Positions 14,561-26,500 of a stretch of DNA of 55,756 nucleotides are shown here, piece after piece (the first letter of the stretch is position 1; each line of letters begins with the position of its first letter). Made by a program: the position numbers and the translations under genes. Below the pieces are notes generated by a model that saw only the letters and a program-made list of their open reading frames with translations, searched no databases and was not told the origin of the DNA. Origin of the DNA: Octopus sinensis (lineage: Eukaryota); NCBI RefSeq assembly GCF_006345805.1, contig NW_021833756.1:1-55756 (forward strand). Direction: 5' to 3'.

Positions 14561-14838
14561 TATATAAACATATATATGACTGGAGTTTTCCAGTTTCCTT
14601 CCACCAAATCCAATCACAAGGCTTTGGTCGGCTTGGGGCTATAGTAGATTTTTCCAACGATGGTGGTGTGTTTTCCTCCCTGTATTTCAGCGGCTCGGCA
14701 GAAAAGAATAAGTGCTGCTGACGATGTGTATATATATATATATATATATATATTTATAAAGATATATCAGATATATTATATATATATATTTATAAAGATA
14801 TATCAGATATATTATATATATATATATAAAGAGAGAGA

Positions 14839-14947
<109 letters not shown>

Positions 14948-15259
14948 AAACATTATATACATATAGATATATGTATATGTGTGTATGTTTCGTTGTCCCC
15001 AAAACCGCTTGACAACCAATGCCGGTGTTTTTTACACTCCATTAACTTATCCGTTCGGGAAAGGCTCGGGGCTATAGTAGATTTTTCAAACGATGCTGGT
15101 GTGTTTTCCTCCCTGTATTTCAGCGGCTCGGCAGAAAAGAATAAGTTAGAATAAATACTAGGCTTAGAAAGAATAAGTGCTGCTGACGATGTGCTCGAAG
15201 AAGATAGATTGGTATCTATATATATATATATATATTTATAAAGATATATCAGATATATA

Positions 15260-17003
15260 TAAACTTAGATAAAATTAGATATGTTTCGACCAAAGATTGG
15301 TCGAGGCCATGTCTAACTTAATAGCACCACCTGATAGGATTATTCGAATCCTGTTTAAGTCAAGTTTTGTTCAAGTAGTGAGTTCTTGTTGGGTGAGTTG
15401 TATCCAATTATGGGTGGCTTATCTGGTATTCTTTGAAGGAATCTATCCAGACTCTGTTTAAACTTGATGGGAACCTTTTCCTCTTTGATCTCTCTTGAGA
15501 CAATGTTAAATAGGGCAGGGCCTGTTGAGGAAAAGAAATTATGTTGCAGTGTACATGTATGTTGTGATCTTGTATTGGGCAGGGGACGTATAGCTCTTGG
15601 TCCAAGTCTTGGATGAACCTTGAAGCTAATGTTTAGGTCGTTTGGGCATAGTTGGCGGCATATTTTCCACATCGTACAAATGATGTACCGCTCACGGCGA
15701 CGCTGGAGGGATTAAAATTTCAAGGCTTTAAGGCGATCCCAATAATCGAGAGCAGCCAGTTTAGTGAGTGCCCTCTGGGGTGACTCAATTCTGGAGATGT
15801 TTTGTCTTGTGTGAGGAGACCACAGTGGGCAGCAGTATTCAAGGTGTGGCCGTACAAAGGAGGAAAAAAGTGGTATGATGACACCTTGATCTCTGGACCG
15901 GAAAGTTCTTAAGATCCAGGAACTCATCCTACGAGCTATATCGACCTTCTTGTTGATGTGTGCACTCCAACTGAGATCGTCATCAACAATTACACCCAGG
16001 TCTCTGATATTGTTAGAGGCTGTGAGCGGTTCCCCTGAAGGAAGAGAGTATGGCTGTTTTAGTGAGGAGTTTCTTCCAAAATGCATCAGCTCAAATTTTC
16101 CCTCGTTCAGTTGCATTTTGTTTCTGTCTGGAGTTGAGTTCTGTCTGGAGTTGAGTTCGGTCTGCTTCTTCATTGACGATTTGCTGGAGTTTGGTGTCAT
16201 CAGCAAATATTTTCACTTTGCAGTAATGTACGACACTGGAAAGGTCGTTTATGTAGATTATGAAGAGTAGCGGACCCAAGACAATCCCCTGGGGGACACC
16301 GCTGGTGACTTATGCTGGGCTTGAGTGGACTCCATCAACTACAACATGTGTTCTATTCGCCAGGAAATACTTAATCCAGTGTAGAACTTTTCCACGGATT
16401 CCAACGTTTGCCAATTTTGAGAGTAGGATGTTATGGTCTACCCTGTCGAACGCTTTACTGAAGTCAAGATATATGACGTCAGAGTTCGAACCTGTTCCCA
16501 AGGCTTTGAGTACATCTTCAATGTAGTGTAAGAGCTGTGTTAGACAGTCCCTGCCACAGCGAAAGCCATGCTGATTTGCATTTAGGAGTTTGTGGGTCTC
16601 CAGGAAGTGAGCCATCCTTGATCTTAACACTCTTTCAAACACTTTGATGATGTGGGAGGTGAGTGAGATTGGGCGATAGTTGAGTGCGAGGGATCTGTTT
16701 CCCTGTTTGAAAACCGGGATGACCGACTGGGATAGAAACTGTTTTGGTATATAACCTGCATCTAACCAATTTCTCCAGAGGTTGGTCAGAGGGACTGCAA
16801 GTTGGTGTTTACATTCCTTCAGGAGACTAGCGGGGAATCTATCAGGGCCTACAGCAGAGTAGTATTTGACCTCATTTATTGCTGCTACGATGTCAGTGGG
16901 AGTGAAGGTTATGTCTGCAATTTTGTGTTGGGAGTCAACTTCGTTCGCTTCTCTTACGTCAATATCAGTGGGAACACTAAAGACAGCAGTATTTTTTCTG
17001 CAA
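15260..17003 (-). mobile_element. 5'-truncated CR1-like LINE (RT region and 3' end), decayed
   Basis: ORF pieces with NYRPISLTSH, YLDFSKAFD, KIFADD, VRPHLEYC. The 3' tail of ~10-bp repeats runs into (TA)n. Confidence 0.92.
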
Positions 17004-17730
17004 TATATATATAGAGAGAAACATGTATATACATATAGATATTTATATATATGTATATGTGTGTATGTTTCGGTGTCCCCAAAACCGCCTGACAACCAAT
17101 GCCGATGTTCGGGAAAAGGAGACCAACAGAATTAATACTAGACTGACGTAGTCCTAGTGTCGATTTGCTCTAGAAAAGGCTGTGCTCCAGCATTGGCACA
17201 GTGAAATGACTAAACAAGGAAAAGAGTAAAAGTGTATGCGTTACGTCTGAACATTGTATTGTAGAGTTAATTAGCTTCCATAATACATTTTGATGATAGT
17301 CGTTATGTAATTAAATGTAAGTGAGGTAACTTTTGAAGATTTCTTAGTTATCTCCCTTTCCAGAGTTACTCCCCTTGAACATTACAATGTAATAATACAT
17401 AATAGTAATTTTATTATATGTAAGGGAAGTAAATCTGGAAGATTTTTTTAGTTATCTCTCTTTCTAGAGTTACCCCCATGGCATATTACTAGTAATAACA
17501 TTTAAGGTAAGTAACTCTACAAGGGAAGATAACTCCAAAATCTTCCAGAGTTACTTCCCTCACATCTAATTAAATTACTATTATGTATTATTAAATTGTA
17601 ATGTTCAAGGGGAGTAACTATAGAAAGGAGAGTAACTATAGAAAGGGTGATAACTAAAAAATCTTCAAAAGTTACCTCCCTTATAATATTTAAGGGAAGT
17701 AACTCTAGAAAGGGAAATAGGTACAAAATT
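15260..17730 (-). repeat. Left arm of a ~2.5-kb inverted duplication (LINE fragment + SINE remnant + hairpin array)
   Basis: Reverse complement of 19371-21870, with the same LINE truncation junction. Arms differ by substitutions and several independent indels. Confidence 0.95.
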
Positions 17731-17987
17731 TTAGGGTTAGGTTGGGTTTAGGGTTTGGGGTTGGGGTTAGGGTTGGGGTTAGGGTTAGAGCTTAGGGTTA
17801 GGGTTAGGGTTAAGGGTTTAGGGTTAGGGGTTAGGGTTAGGGTTGGGGTTGGGGTTAGGGTTAGGGTTAGGGTTTGGTTTAGGGTTAAGGGTTAGGGTTA
17901 GGGTTAGGGTTAGAACGGTTAGGGTTAGGGTTAGGGTTGGGTTAGGGTTAGGGTTAGGGGTTAGGGTTAGGGTTAGGGGTTAGGGTT

Positions 17988-18019
<32 letters not shown>
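17731..18019 (+). repeat. Interstitial telomeric tract (TTAGGG)n with variants, ~290 bp
   Basis: TTAGGG with TTGGGG, TTTAGGG, TTAAGGG variants. A further short telomere-like patch lies at ~18205-18238. Confidence 0.97.
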
Positions 18020-18313
18020 TCTCGGGAATTGGTGGGGTCTCGGGAATTGGTGGGGTCTCCGGAATTGGTTGGGCACAGGAAGGGGTCTCGCTTGTCACAG
18101 GGATGAGGGGCTCACATGGTCAGGGTTAGTCTCTAGAAGTGGGGTCACAGATGGGGTCTCGGGTGGTCACAGAAGTGGTCTCGGGGGTTCAGTGTTACAG
18201 AAGGGGTTCGGGTTAGGGGTTAGGGGTAGAGTTAGGGCTCAATTTCCATTGAAATACTCTTTCTTTGCTTCAAATAATTTTGAAAATAATAAAATTTTTG
18301 CTTCATTTTTCAG

Positions 18314-18423
18314 ACATCAACGAGTGTTTAAGGAATCCTTGTCGTTATGGTGCCATATGTCAGAATTACCTAGGTTCCTACCGTTGTGCGTGCAAACCAG
18401 AATTCGATTACATCGACCCCAGC
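18314..18423 (+). pseudogene. Truncated calcium-binding EGF-like exon: (D)INECLRNPCRYGAICQNYLGSYRCACKPEF
   Basis: Pyrimidine tract + CAG acceptor at 18311-18313, phase 1. Matches the D-I-N-E-C..C..C-x-N..G-S-Y-x-C-x-C cbEGF pattern. The sixth Cys is missing where SINE-like sequence (TTCGATTACATCGACCCC..GGCGGAATTTGAACTCAGAAC) begins, and the frame then stops. Confidence 0.8.
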
Positions 18424-18486
18424 ACGTAACTGGTACTTATTTAATCGACCCCGGTATGACCCCTCGGCGGAATTTGAACTCAGAAC

Positions 18487-18524
<38 letters not shown>

Positions 18525-19127
18525 GACATTGTTACCTTGATAACCTTGTACCAATATGTCTTGTTGAGAACTAATATAACACACGCACACACATATAAAC
18601 ACACGCATGACAATACATAAAGACATTCTTTCTTGTTTAATGTGTTTATATGTACATATACATAAGAATATGAACTCACTCGTGAATAGTGAATTGATTT
18701 CAATCTTTCTAAATTAGAATTCAATAAAGGAAGCCATATACGAATCAATGTATAATAAACTATTGACACTCGCACTTGTCGCCAGTATAAATATATAGAC
18801 TGTTTTTTTATTATATATACATCGACACAATACACACACGTATGAGTATACATTCTGTTTCACTTTTTTGTTTCAGGAACATAAATTTTATTTCATTTTT
18901 TCTTTGTTTTTTTAAAATCCATTATGTAATTTTACTCGGATTTATAAAGATATAAATAACAATGTCTTATAGTTTTCTTGTTTCTTAGCTATATTTTTTA
19001 TATTTCTCTCTTGAAATAGTTTCTTTGTTATGTTTATAACAACACACATCTTTTATATTATTGTTAATATTGTTAAGGTTGTTGCATTTATTTCTTATTG
19101 TTGCGTATTTCGCAGCTATTTTTTTAG

Positions 19128-19267
19128 GAGTTGATACAACTGAACTGAAAATTGATGATGAGTCTATTGACGCTGTAAAACAAGTCTACCTGATGCTTTA
19201 CGAATGGTTCAAAAATTGCGACCCAGAAACACGGACACACGCAACATTAAGTGCATCTCTTGAAGAA
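19128..19267 (+). pseudogene. Truncated Death-domain-like exon: (G)VDTTELKIDDESIDAVKQVYLMLYEWFKNCDPETRTHATLSASLEE
   Basis: TTTTTTTAG acceptor at 19126-19127, phase 1. Resembles the LG..EI......EQ.Y.ML..W......AT...L..AL helices of Death domains (judged by eye). Runs directly into CCCTAA repeats. Confidence 0.6.
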
Positions 19268-19370
19268 CCCTTAACCCCAACCCCTAACCTTAAACACTAA
19301 CCCTAACCCTAAACACTTAACCTTAAACCCTAACCCCAACCTTAACCCTAAACCTAACCCTAAACCCTAA
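19268..19370 (-). repeat. Interstitial telomeric tract (CCCTAA)n, degenerate, ~100 bp
   Basis: CCCTAA with CCCCAA, CCTTAA, CCCTAAA variants. Orientation is opposite to 17731-18019. Confidence 0.92.
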
Positions 19371-21863
19371 TTGTAACGTAATAACATGTAAGGGAAGTAA
19401 CTCTGGAAAATTTTGCACCTATTTCCCTTTCTAGAGTTACTTCCCTTGAATATTATAAGTTAATAATACGTAAAATTTTATTAGATGTAAGGGAGGTAAC
19501 TCTTGAAGATTTTTTAATTATTTCCCTTTCTAGAGTTACTCCCTCTTGCATATTATGATTAATTAAATATGCAAGGTAAGTAACTCTACGAAGGAAGATA
19601 ACTTTAAAATCTTCCAGAGTTACTTCCCTTACATCTAATTAAATTACTATTATCTATTGTTAAATTATAATATTCAAGGGGAGTAACTCTAGAAAGGGAG
19701 ATAACTAAAAATCTTCAAAAGTTACCTCCCTTACATTTAGTTACATGACAACTATCATCAAAATGTATTATGGAAGCTAATTAACTCTACAATACAATGT
19801 TCAGACGTAACGCATACACTTTTACTCTTTTCCTTGTTTAGTCATTTCACTGTGCCAATGCTGGAGCACAGCCTTTTCTAGAGCAAATCGACACTAGGAC
19901 TTTTATCTACGTCAGTCTAGTATTAATTCTGTTGGTCTTCTTTTCCCGAACGGATAAGTTAACAGAGTGTGAAAAACATCGGCATTGGTTGTCCAGCGGT
20001 TTTGGGGACACCGAAACATACACACATATACATATATATAAATATCTATATGTATATACATGTTTCTCTCTATATATATATTGCAGAAACAATACTGCTG
20101 TCTTTAGTGACTCCCAACACAAAATTGCAGACATAACCTTCACTCCCACTGGCATCGTAGCAGCAATAAATGAGGTCAAATACTACTCTGCCGTAGGCCC
20201 TGATAGATTCCCCGTTAGTCTCCTGAAGGAATGTAAACACCAACTTGCTGTCCCACTGACCAACCTATGGAGGAATTCATTAGATGCAGGTTATATACCA
20301 AAACAGTTTCTATCCCAGTCAATCATCCCGGTTTTCAAACAGGGAAACGGATCCCTCGCACTCAACTATCGCCCAATCTCACTCACCTCCCACATCATCA
20401 AAGTGTTTGAAAGAGTGTTAAGATCAAGGATGGCTGACTTCCTGGAGACCCAGAAACTACTAAATGCAAATCAGCATGGCTTTCGCTGTGGCAGGGACTG
20501 TCTAACACAGCTCTTACACCACATTGAAGATGTACTCAAAGCCTTGGGAACAGGTTCGAACTCTGATGTCATATATCTTGACTTCAGTAAAGCGTTCGAC
20601 AGGGTAGACCATAATATCCTACTCTCAAAATTGGCAAATGTTGGAATCCGTGGAAAAGTTCTACACTAGATTAAGTATTTCCTGGCGAATAGAACACATG
20701 TTGTAGTTGATGGAGTCCACTCAAGCCCAGCAAAAGTCACCAGCGGTGTCCCCCAGGGGACTGTCTTGGGTCCGCTACTCTTCATAATCAACATAAACGA
20801 CCTTTCCAATGTCGTAGATTACTGCAAAGTGAAAATATTTGCTGATGACACCAACTCCAGCAAATCGTCAATGAAGAAGCAGACCGAACTCAACTCCAGT
20901 CTGATCTATATGCTGTGAGTCAATGGGCAGACAGAAACAAAATGCAACTGAACGAGGGAAAATTTGAGCTGATGCATTTTGGAAGAAACTCCTCACTAAA
21001 ACAGCCATACTCTCTTCCTTCAGGGGAACCGCTCACAGCCTCTAACAATATCAGAGACCTGGGTGTAATTGTTGATGACGATCTCAGTTGGAGTGCACAC
21101 ATCAACAAGAAGGTCGATATAGCTCGTAGGATGAGTTCCTGGATCTTAAGAACTTTCCGGTCCAGAGAACAAGGTGTCATCATATCACTTTTTTCCTCCT
21201 TTGTACGGCCACACCTTGAATACTGCTGCCCACTGTGGTCTCCTCACACAAGACAAAACATCTCCAGAATTGAGTCACCCCAGAGGGCACTCACTAAACG
21301 CATTGAAGGCATGGCTGCTCTCGATTATTGGAATCGCCTTAAAGCCTTGAAACTTTACTCCCTCCAGCGTCGCCGTGAGCGGTACATCATTTGTACGATG
21401 TGGAAAATATACCGTCAACTTTGCCCAAACGACCTAAACATTAGCTTCAAGGTTCATCCAAGACTTGGACCACGGGCTATACGTCCCCTGCCCAATTCAA
21501 GATCACAACATACATGTACACTGCAGCACAATTTCTTTTCCTCAACAGGCCCTGCCCTATTTCACATTGTCCCGAGAGAGATCAAAGAGGAAAAGGATCC
21601 CATCAACTTTAAACAGAGTCTGGATAGATTCCTTCAAAGAATACCAGATAAGCCACCCATAATTGGATATAACTCACCCAACAAGAACTCACTACTTGAA
21701 CAAAACTGGATACAACTCACCCAACAAGAACTCACTACTTGAACAAAACTTGACTTAAACAAAACTTGACTTAAACAGGATTCGAATAATCCTATCAGGT
21801 GGTGCTATTAAGTTAGACATGGCCTGGACCAATCTTTGGTCGAAACATATCTAAGTTTATCTA

Positions 21864-21870
<7 letters not shown>
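19371..21870 (+). repeat. Right arm of the inverted duplication
   Basis: Reverse complement of 15260-17730. Confidence 0.95.
20081..21870 (+). mobile_element. 5'-truncated CR1-like LINE (RT region and 3' end), with premature stop and frameshift
   Basis: ORFs 19932-20669 and 20915-21742 (LNYRPISLTSH, YLDFSKAFD, RPHLEYC, SLQRRRERY). Tail (TCTAAGTTTA)2 then (TA)n. Confidence 0.93.
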
Positions 21871-21904
<34 letters not shown>

Positions 21905-21919
<15 letters not shown>

Positions 21920-22021
21920 CATATACAACATGAGAAAATGGAGAAATACATCTAAATCATTAATCAATTATCAGATAATACTTTATTAAACCCTGTCTCA
22001 ATTTGTATATATATACATATA

Positions 22022-22087
<66 letters not shown>

Positions 22088-23055
22088 CAGTTACGCAATG
22101 GCGTCGATATAATCGCCTTAATCCGTATGTCTGTCTTTGTTTGTCCCCTCTGTGTTTAGCCTCTTATGGGTAGTAAAGAAATAGGTATTTCGGCTGCCGC
22201 TACGCTCTGAGTTCAAATTCCGCCGAGGTCGACTTTGCCTGCTATTTCTAGCATATGGATATCCTTCTTGAAGGCCTGATCGATTTGCTTGACTAAATGC
22301 GGTGCTCCAGCATGGCCACAATTAAATGACTGAAACAAGTAAAATAAAAGAACATATATATATATATATATGTTTTGATTTTCCTTGTTTCAGTCATTTG
22401 ACTGTGGCCATGCTGGAGCACCGCATTTAGTCGAGCAAATCAATCCCAAGACATTATCTTTAAGCCTAGCCGTTCTTGTCAAGCGATGTTGGAGGGTGAG
22501 GGGAAACAGACACACACACTCACACACACATATATGTATACATTTATATACGATGGGCTTCTTTCAGTTTCCATCTACCAAATCTATTCATACATACACA
22601 CACACAAACACACACACATATGTGTGTTTTCATTTCTGTGTCTGCGTGCGCGCGAGTTTCCAGTTCATTGTTTGTGCGTGTGTGTGTGTGTGCGCGCGCT
22701 AGTGTATGCGTGTGGGCGTGCGTGTGGGCGTGTGTGTGTGAGTGTGTAACTGTGTATTTTCATTTGTGTGTGTGTGTGTTTGTCCGTATGTGTGTGTGCG
22801 TGTGTGAGTGTGAGTGTGTCTGAGTATTTTCATTTCTGTGTGTGTTTATGACTGGTTTTAATTATGTGTGCGTGTGTATTTTCGTTTCTGTGTGTGAGTG
22901 TTTCAGTGTGTAACTGTGCATTTTCAATTTTGTGCATGAATGTGTGTGAGTGTTTGTGTGTGTGTCGTTACGCACGCACGCACTGGTGTCGAAAGGCACA
23001 AACGCACACATACACACACGCAATTGAAAATACAGTCACACACGCACAGACACGC

Positions 23056-23090
<35 letters not shown>

Positions 23091-23106
23091 CAAAAACACA
23101 CACACG

Positions 23107-23140
<34 letters not shown>

Positions 23141-23348
23141 CATTTCAAAATAGAAAATTGCCCATTAACAGGTAATTTTTACATGCTAGAAATAGCAGCC
23201 AAACTTTGCCACGATCCTTCATTTTCTAGCAAATTTTCAAGTCCATGAAAAATAAAAACCTTTATCTAGTTAAATATCTTGTTAAATATATACAACTACA
23301 TATATATATACACACACACACACACACAAATATATATATACATACTTG

Positions 23349-23394
<46 letters not shown>

Positions 23395-23563
23395 AATATA
23401 TATATATATATATATATACATACTTATGGAGAAATACATCTAAATCAAATATCAATTATCAGATAATACTTTATTAAACCCTATATCAATTGTATATATA
23501 TATACATATATATATATTATATATATATTTATATTTATATATATATATATACATATATATTAT

Positions 23564-23590
<27 letters not shown>
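21905..23590. repeat. ~1.5-kb SINE/microsatellite composite unit, repeated at ~27655-28780 and partly at ~46060-46710
   Basis: Shared GGAGAAATACATCTAAATC..TCAATTATCAGATAATAC (~21937, 23427, 27677) and CACTGGTGTCGAAAGGCACAAACGCAC (22981, ~28700, ~46635). Confidence 0.88.
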
Positions 23591-23595
<5 letters not shown>

Positions 23596-26500
23596 GGGGG
23601 GCAAAGGAAAATGATTGCGTCTCTCATAGCCTCTCCTCTCCAGGTGTAATGATCGCTGCAGAACTTCTACCTGGCTGCGCCTTGTGGAAAGTTCTTGCTT
23701 ATGGCCTCTCCTGCACTACTGTGTCCACAGCAGCACCTTCACGCGGTACCCCCTGTTCTCACTGAGCCTGCTGTGTGGCGCGACCGGGTGCTTGGCGGTA
23801 TAACCGGGTGGGCAGACTGGGCTCGTTAGCCTTGGTTGACAGCCAGTCTAGGAGAAGGAAAACTCTGACTCCAAACCCTCGCTCCGCTGCCTTGCGGATG
23901 CTCTTGGGAGAGGGAAAGGCTATGGGAGTAAACCCAGACAGAAAATCCGGAGTGGAGCCCTGAAGGCGGTAGGGTGTCGAATCTCGACCCTTTTCCGGCA
24001 ACTCCTGCAGCCAACCAGACTCCAAACGTACTGCACTGCATTCCTTTGGATTATGTCTGGGGGCCCGAGAGGGAGATTCTGGTGTCTGGGCAGCCCAGTG
24101 TCTTCGTTCCTACCGCCCAGGCTTGCGCCATGGAGAAACTACTCCATCGATGGAACAAGCTGAGATGGCAGTTACGAGTTTTAAGCCAGGGTGAATTGGC
24201 GTAATCCCGGGCGCTACGGGTCTCTAACGGTGGGAGGGATCATTGAAGTCCCACTGGTCAGCTACCGCCCGCCTTAAGCTGGGCAGCCCCCGGCCAATAA
24301 TGGTGCTAAGCCGCCACAGACTGCCCGCTTCAATGGGTGCTTGGAGCTAGGACAAAATCTGAAAAGCAGACTGAAAACCCTGCACCAGCAAACAAAGGAA
24401 AAACAAATACCCAGTCTCCAGTCTTGCGACTGGCCACCTGGAATGTCAGGACCATGTGCCCTGGCATCATTGACGATCTACGACAGATGAACGACAGTAG
24501 GAAGACAGCAGTCATCAACACCGAATTGAAAAGGCTGAACATCGACATAGCGGCGCTGCAAGAGACCAGGCTCGCCGCAGACGGCATGCTACGGGAGAAG
24601 GACTACACCTTCTACTGGCAGGGGAGACCCGTCGAGGAGGCCCGCCAGCATGGCGTGGGGTTTGCCGTGAGGAACAGCTTGCTCCCCATGGCGATCCCTC
24701 CTTCAAATGGCTCAGAGCGCATCCTCACTCTTGGCCTTGCAACATCAACGGGGAAGGTAAACATAATTAGTGCTTATGCCCCAACACTCCACTCTCCTCA
24801 GAAAATAAAAGACCGGGTCTATGAGGAGCTCGGCGCCACCATCAGCCAGATACCAGGGTCGGAGCCCATCTTCCTTCTGGGCGACTTCAACGCAAGGGTG
24901 GGATGATTCGATCATGGGGCATGGCCAGACTGCCTTGGACGCTTTGGCGTGGGGAAGATGAATGAGAATGGCCAGAGACTGTTGGAGCTTTGCTCTTACC
25001 GGAAACTCTGCGTTACCAACACATTCTTCACGACTAAGCCACAACACCGGGTCTCATGGAGGCACCCAAGGTCCGGACACTGGCACCAACTGGACATGGT
25101 CATCACCCGGCGAGCCCACCTCGGCAGTGTGCTTCTCACACGCAGCTACCATGGTGCTGACTGTGATACAGACCACTCTCTGGTGTGCAGTAGGGTCCGA
25201 TTGGCCCCAAAGAAAATCCGCCGTCCCGTAGGGAAAAGCCGCCCACGCATCAACACCGCCAGGACAACCAACCCCGACCTCCGCTCGGAATTCACCAACC
25301 GCATGGAGGAGGCCCTTAAAGATCACGCAGCCACGTCATCGAGGAGAGATGGCAGCTTATTCGCGACACCACTTGCAGAATAGTCATGTCATCCCTAGGA
25401 AAGAGGGAGCGGAGAAATCAAGACTGGTTTGAGGCTCACCTGCCTGAGATGGAGCCTGTCATTGCTGCCAAGAGGGAAGCACTGGTCAACTATAAGCGCG
25501 ACCCATCAGAAAAGAACCTGGCTACTCTAAGAACAGCCAGAAGTGACGCCCAGAGGACGGCCAGACGTTGCGCCAACATCTACTGGCAGAACCTATGCCA
25601 GAACATCCAGTGCTGTGCTGACAGTGGTAACGTGAAAGGATGTACGAGGGGATGAAGAAAGCATTCAGGCCCACTGTCAGCAAGGTTGCTTTACTGAAGT
25701 CCAGGGATGGCGAGGTCATCAAGGACCAAGCGAAGCAGATAGAGAGGTGGGTCGAGCATTACCAGAACCTCTACTCCACTGAGAATGTGGTCACCAGGTC
25801 TGCCCTCGCCGGCATTCCTGCTCTGCCTGTCATGGAGGAGCTTGACCTGCCTCCAACAAAGGAAGAACTGAGCAAAGCAATTGACTCACTCGCTCGGGGC
25901 AAGGCACCAGGGCAAGACGGCATCCCCGCAGAAGTCATCCAGTGCGGGAAGCCAGCCCTTCTGGGCCATCTCCACGAGCTGCTCTGTCAGTGCTGGGAGG
26001 AGGGCTCTGTCCCTAAGGATATGCGTGACGCAAACATCATCACACTGTATAAAAACAAAGGGGACAGAAGCGACTGTAATAATTACAAGGGCATATCCCT
26101 GCTCAGCACTGTCGGTAAGGCATTTGCCAGGGTGGTCCTGAAGAGGTTGCAAATGCTTGCAGAGCGTGTGTACCCCGAGTCTCAGTCTGGCTTTAGGGCA
26201 GAGAGGTCTACAATCGACATGATCTTCTCACTCAGGCAGCTTCAAGAAAAGAGTCGAGAACAGAGACAGCCCCTATACGTGGCCTTCATCGACCTGGCTA
26301 AGGCGTTCGACTCAGTCAGCAGGGAGGGGCTGTTTGCGCTCCTGGGTAGGATATGTTGCCCTCCCAGACTGCTGAAACTCATCACCTCCTTTCACGATAC
26401 GGTATGCAGGGAACAGTGCAGTTTGACGGATTGCCCTCGGAGTCGTTCGCCATCCAGAGTGGAGTGAAACAGGATTGCGTTCTGGCGCCGACGCTCTTCG

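Noticed and set aside
18069-18620. 183-aa ORF next to the telomere tract
   Set aside because: It starts at TTG in G-rich repeats and crosses SINE and (AAT)n sequence. The meaningful EGF peptide is in a different frame.
17731-19370. A true chromosome end, or a ciliate-style telomere-capped nanochromosome
   Set aside because: The tracts are internal, short and degenerate. Their orientation is the reverse of a capped insert: they belong to the outer arms.
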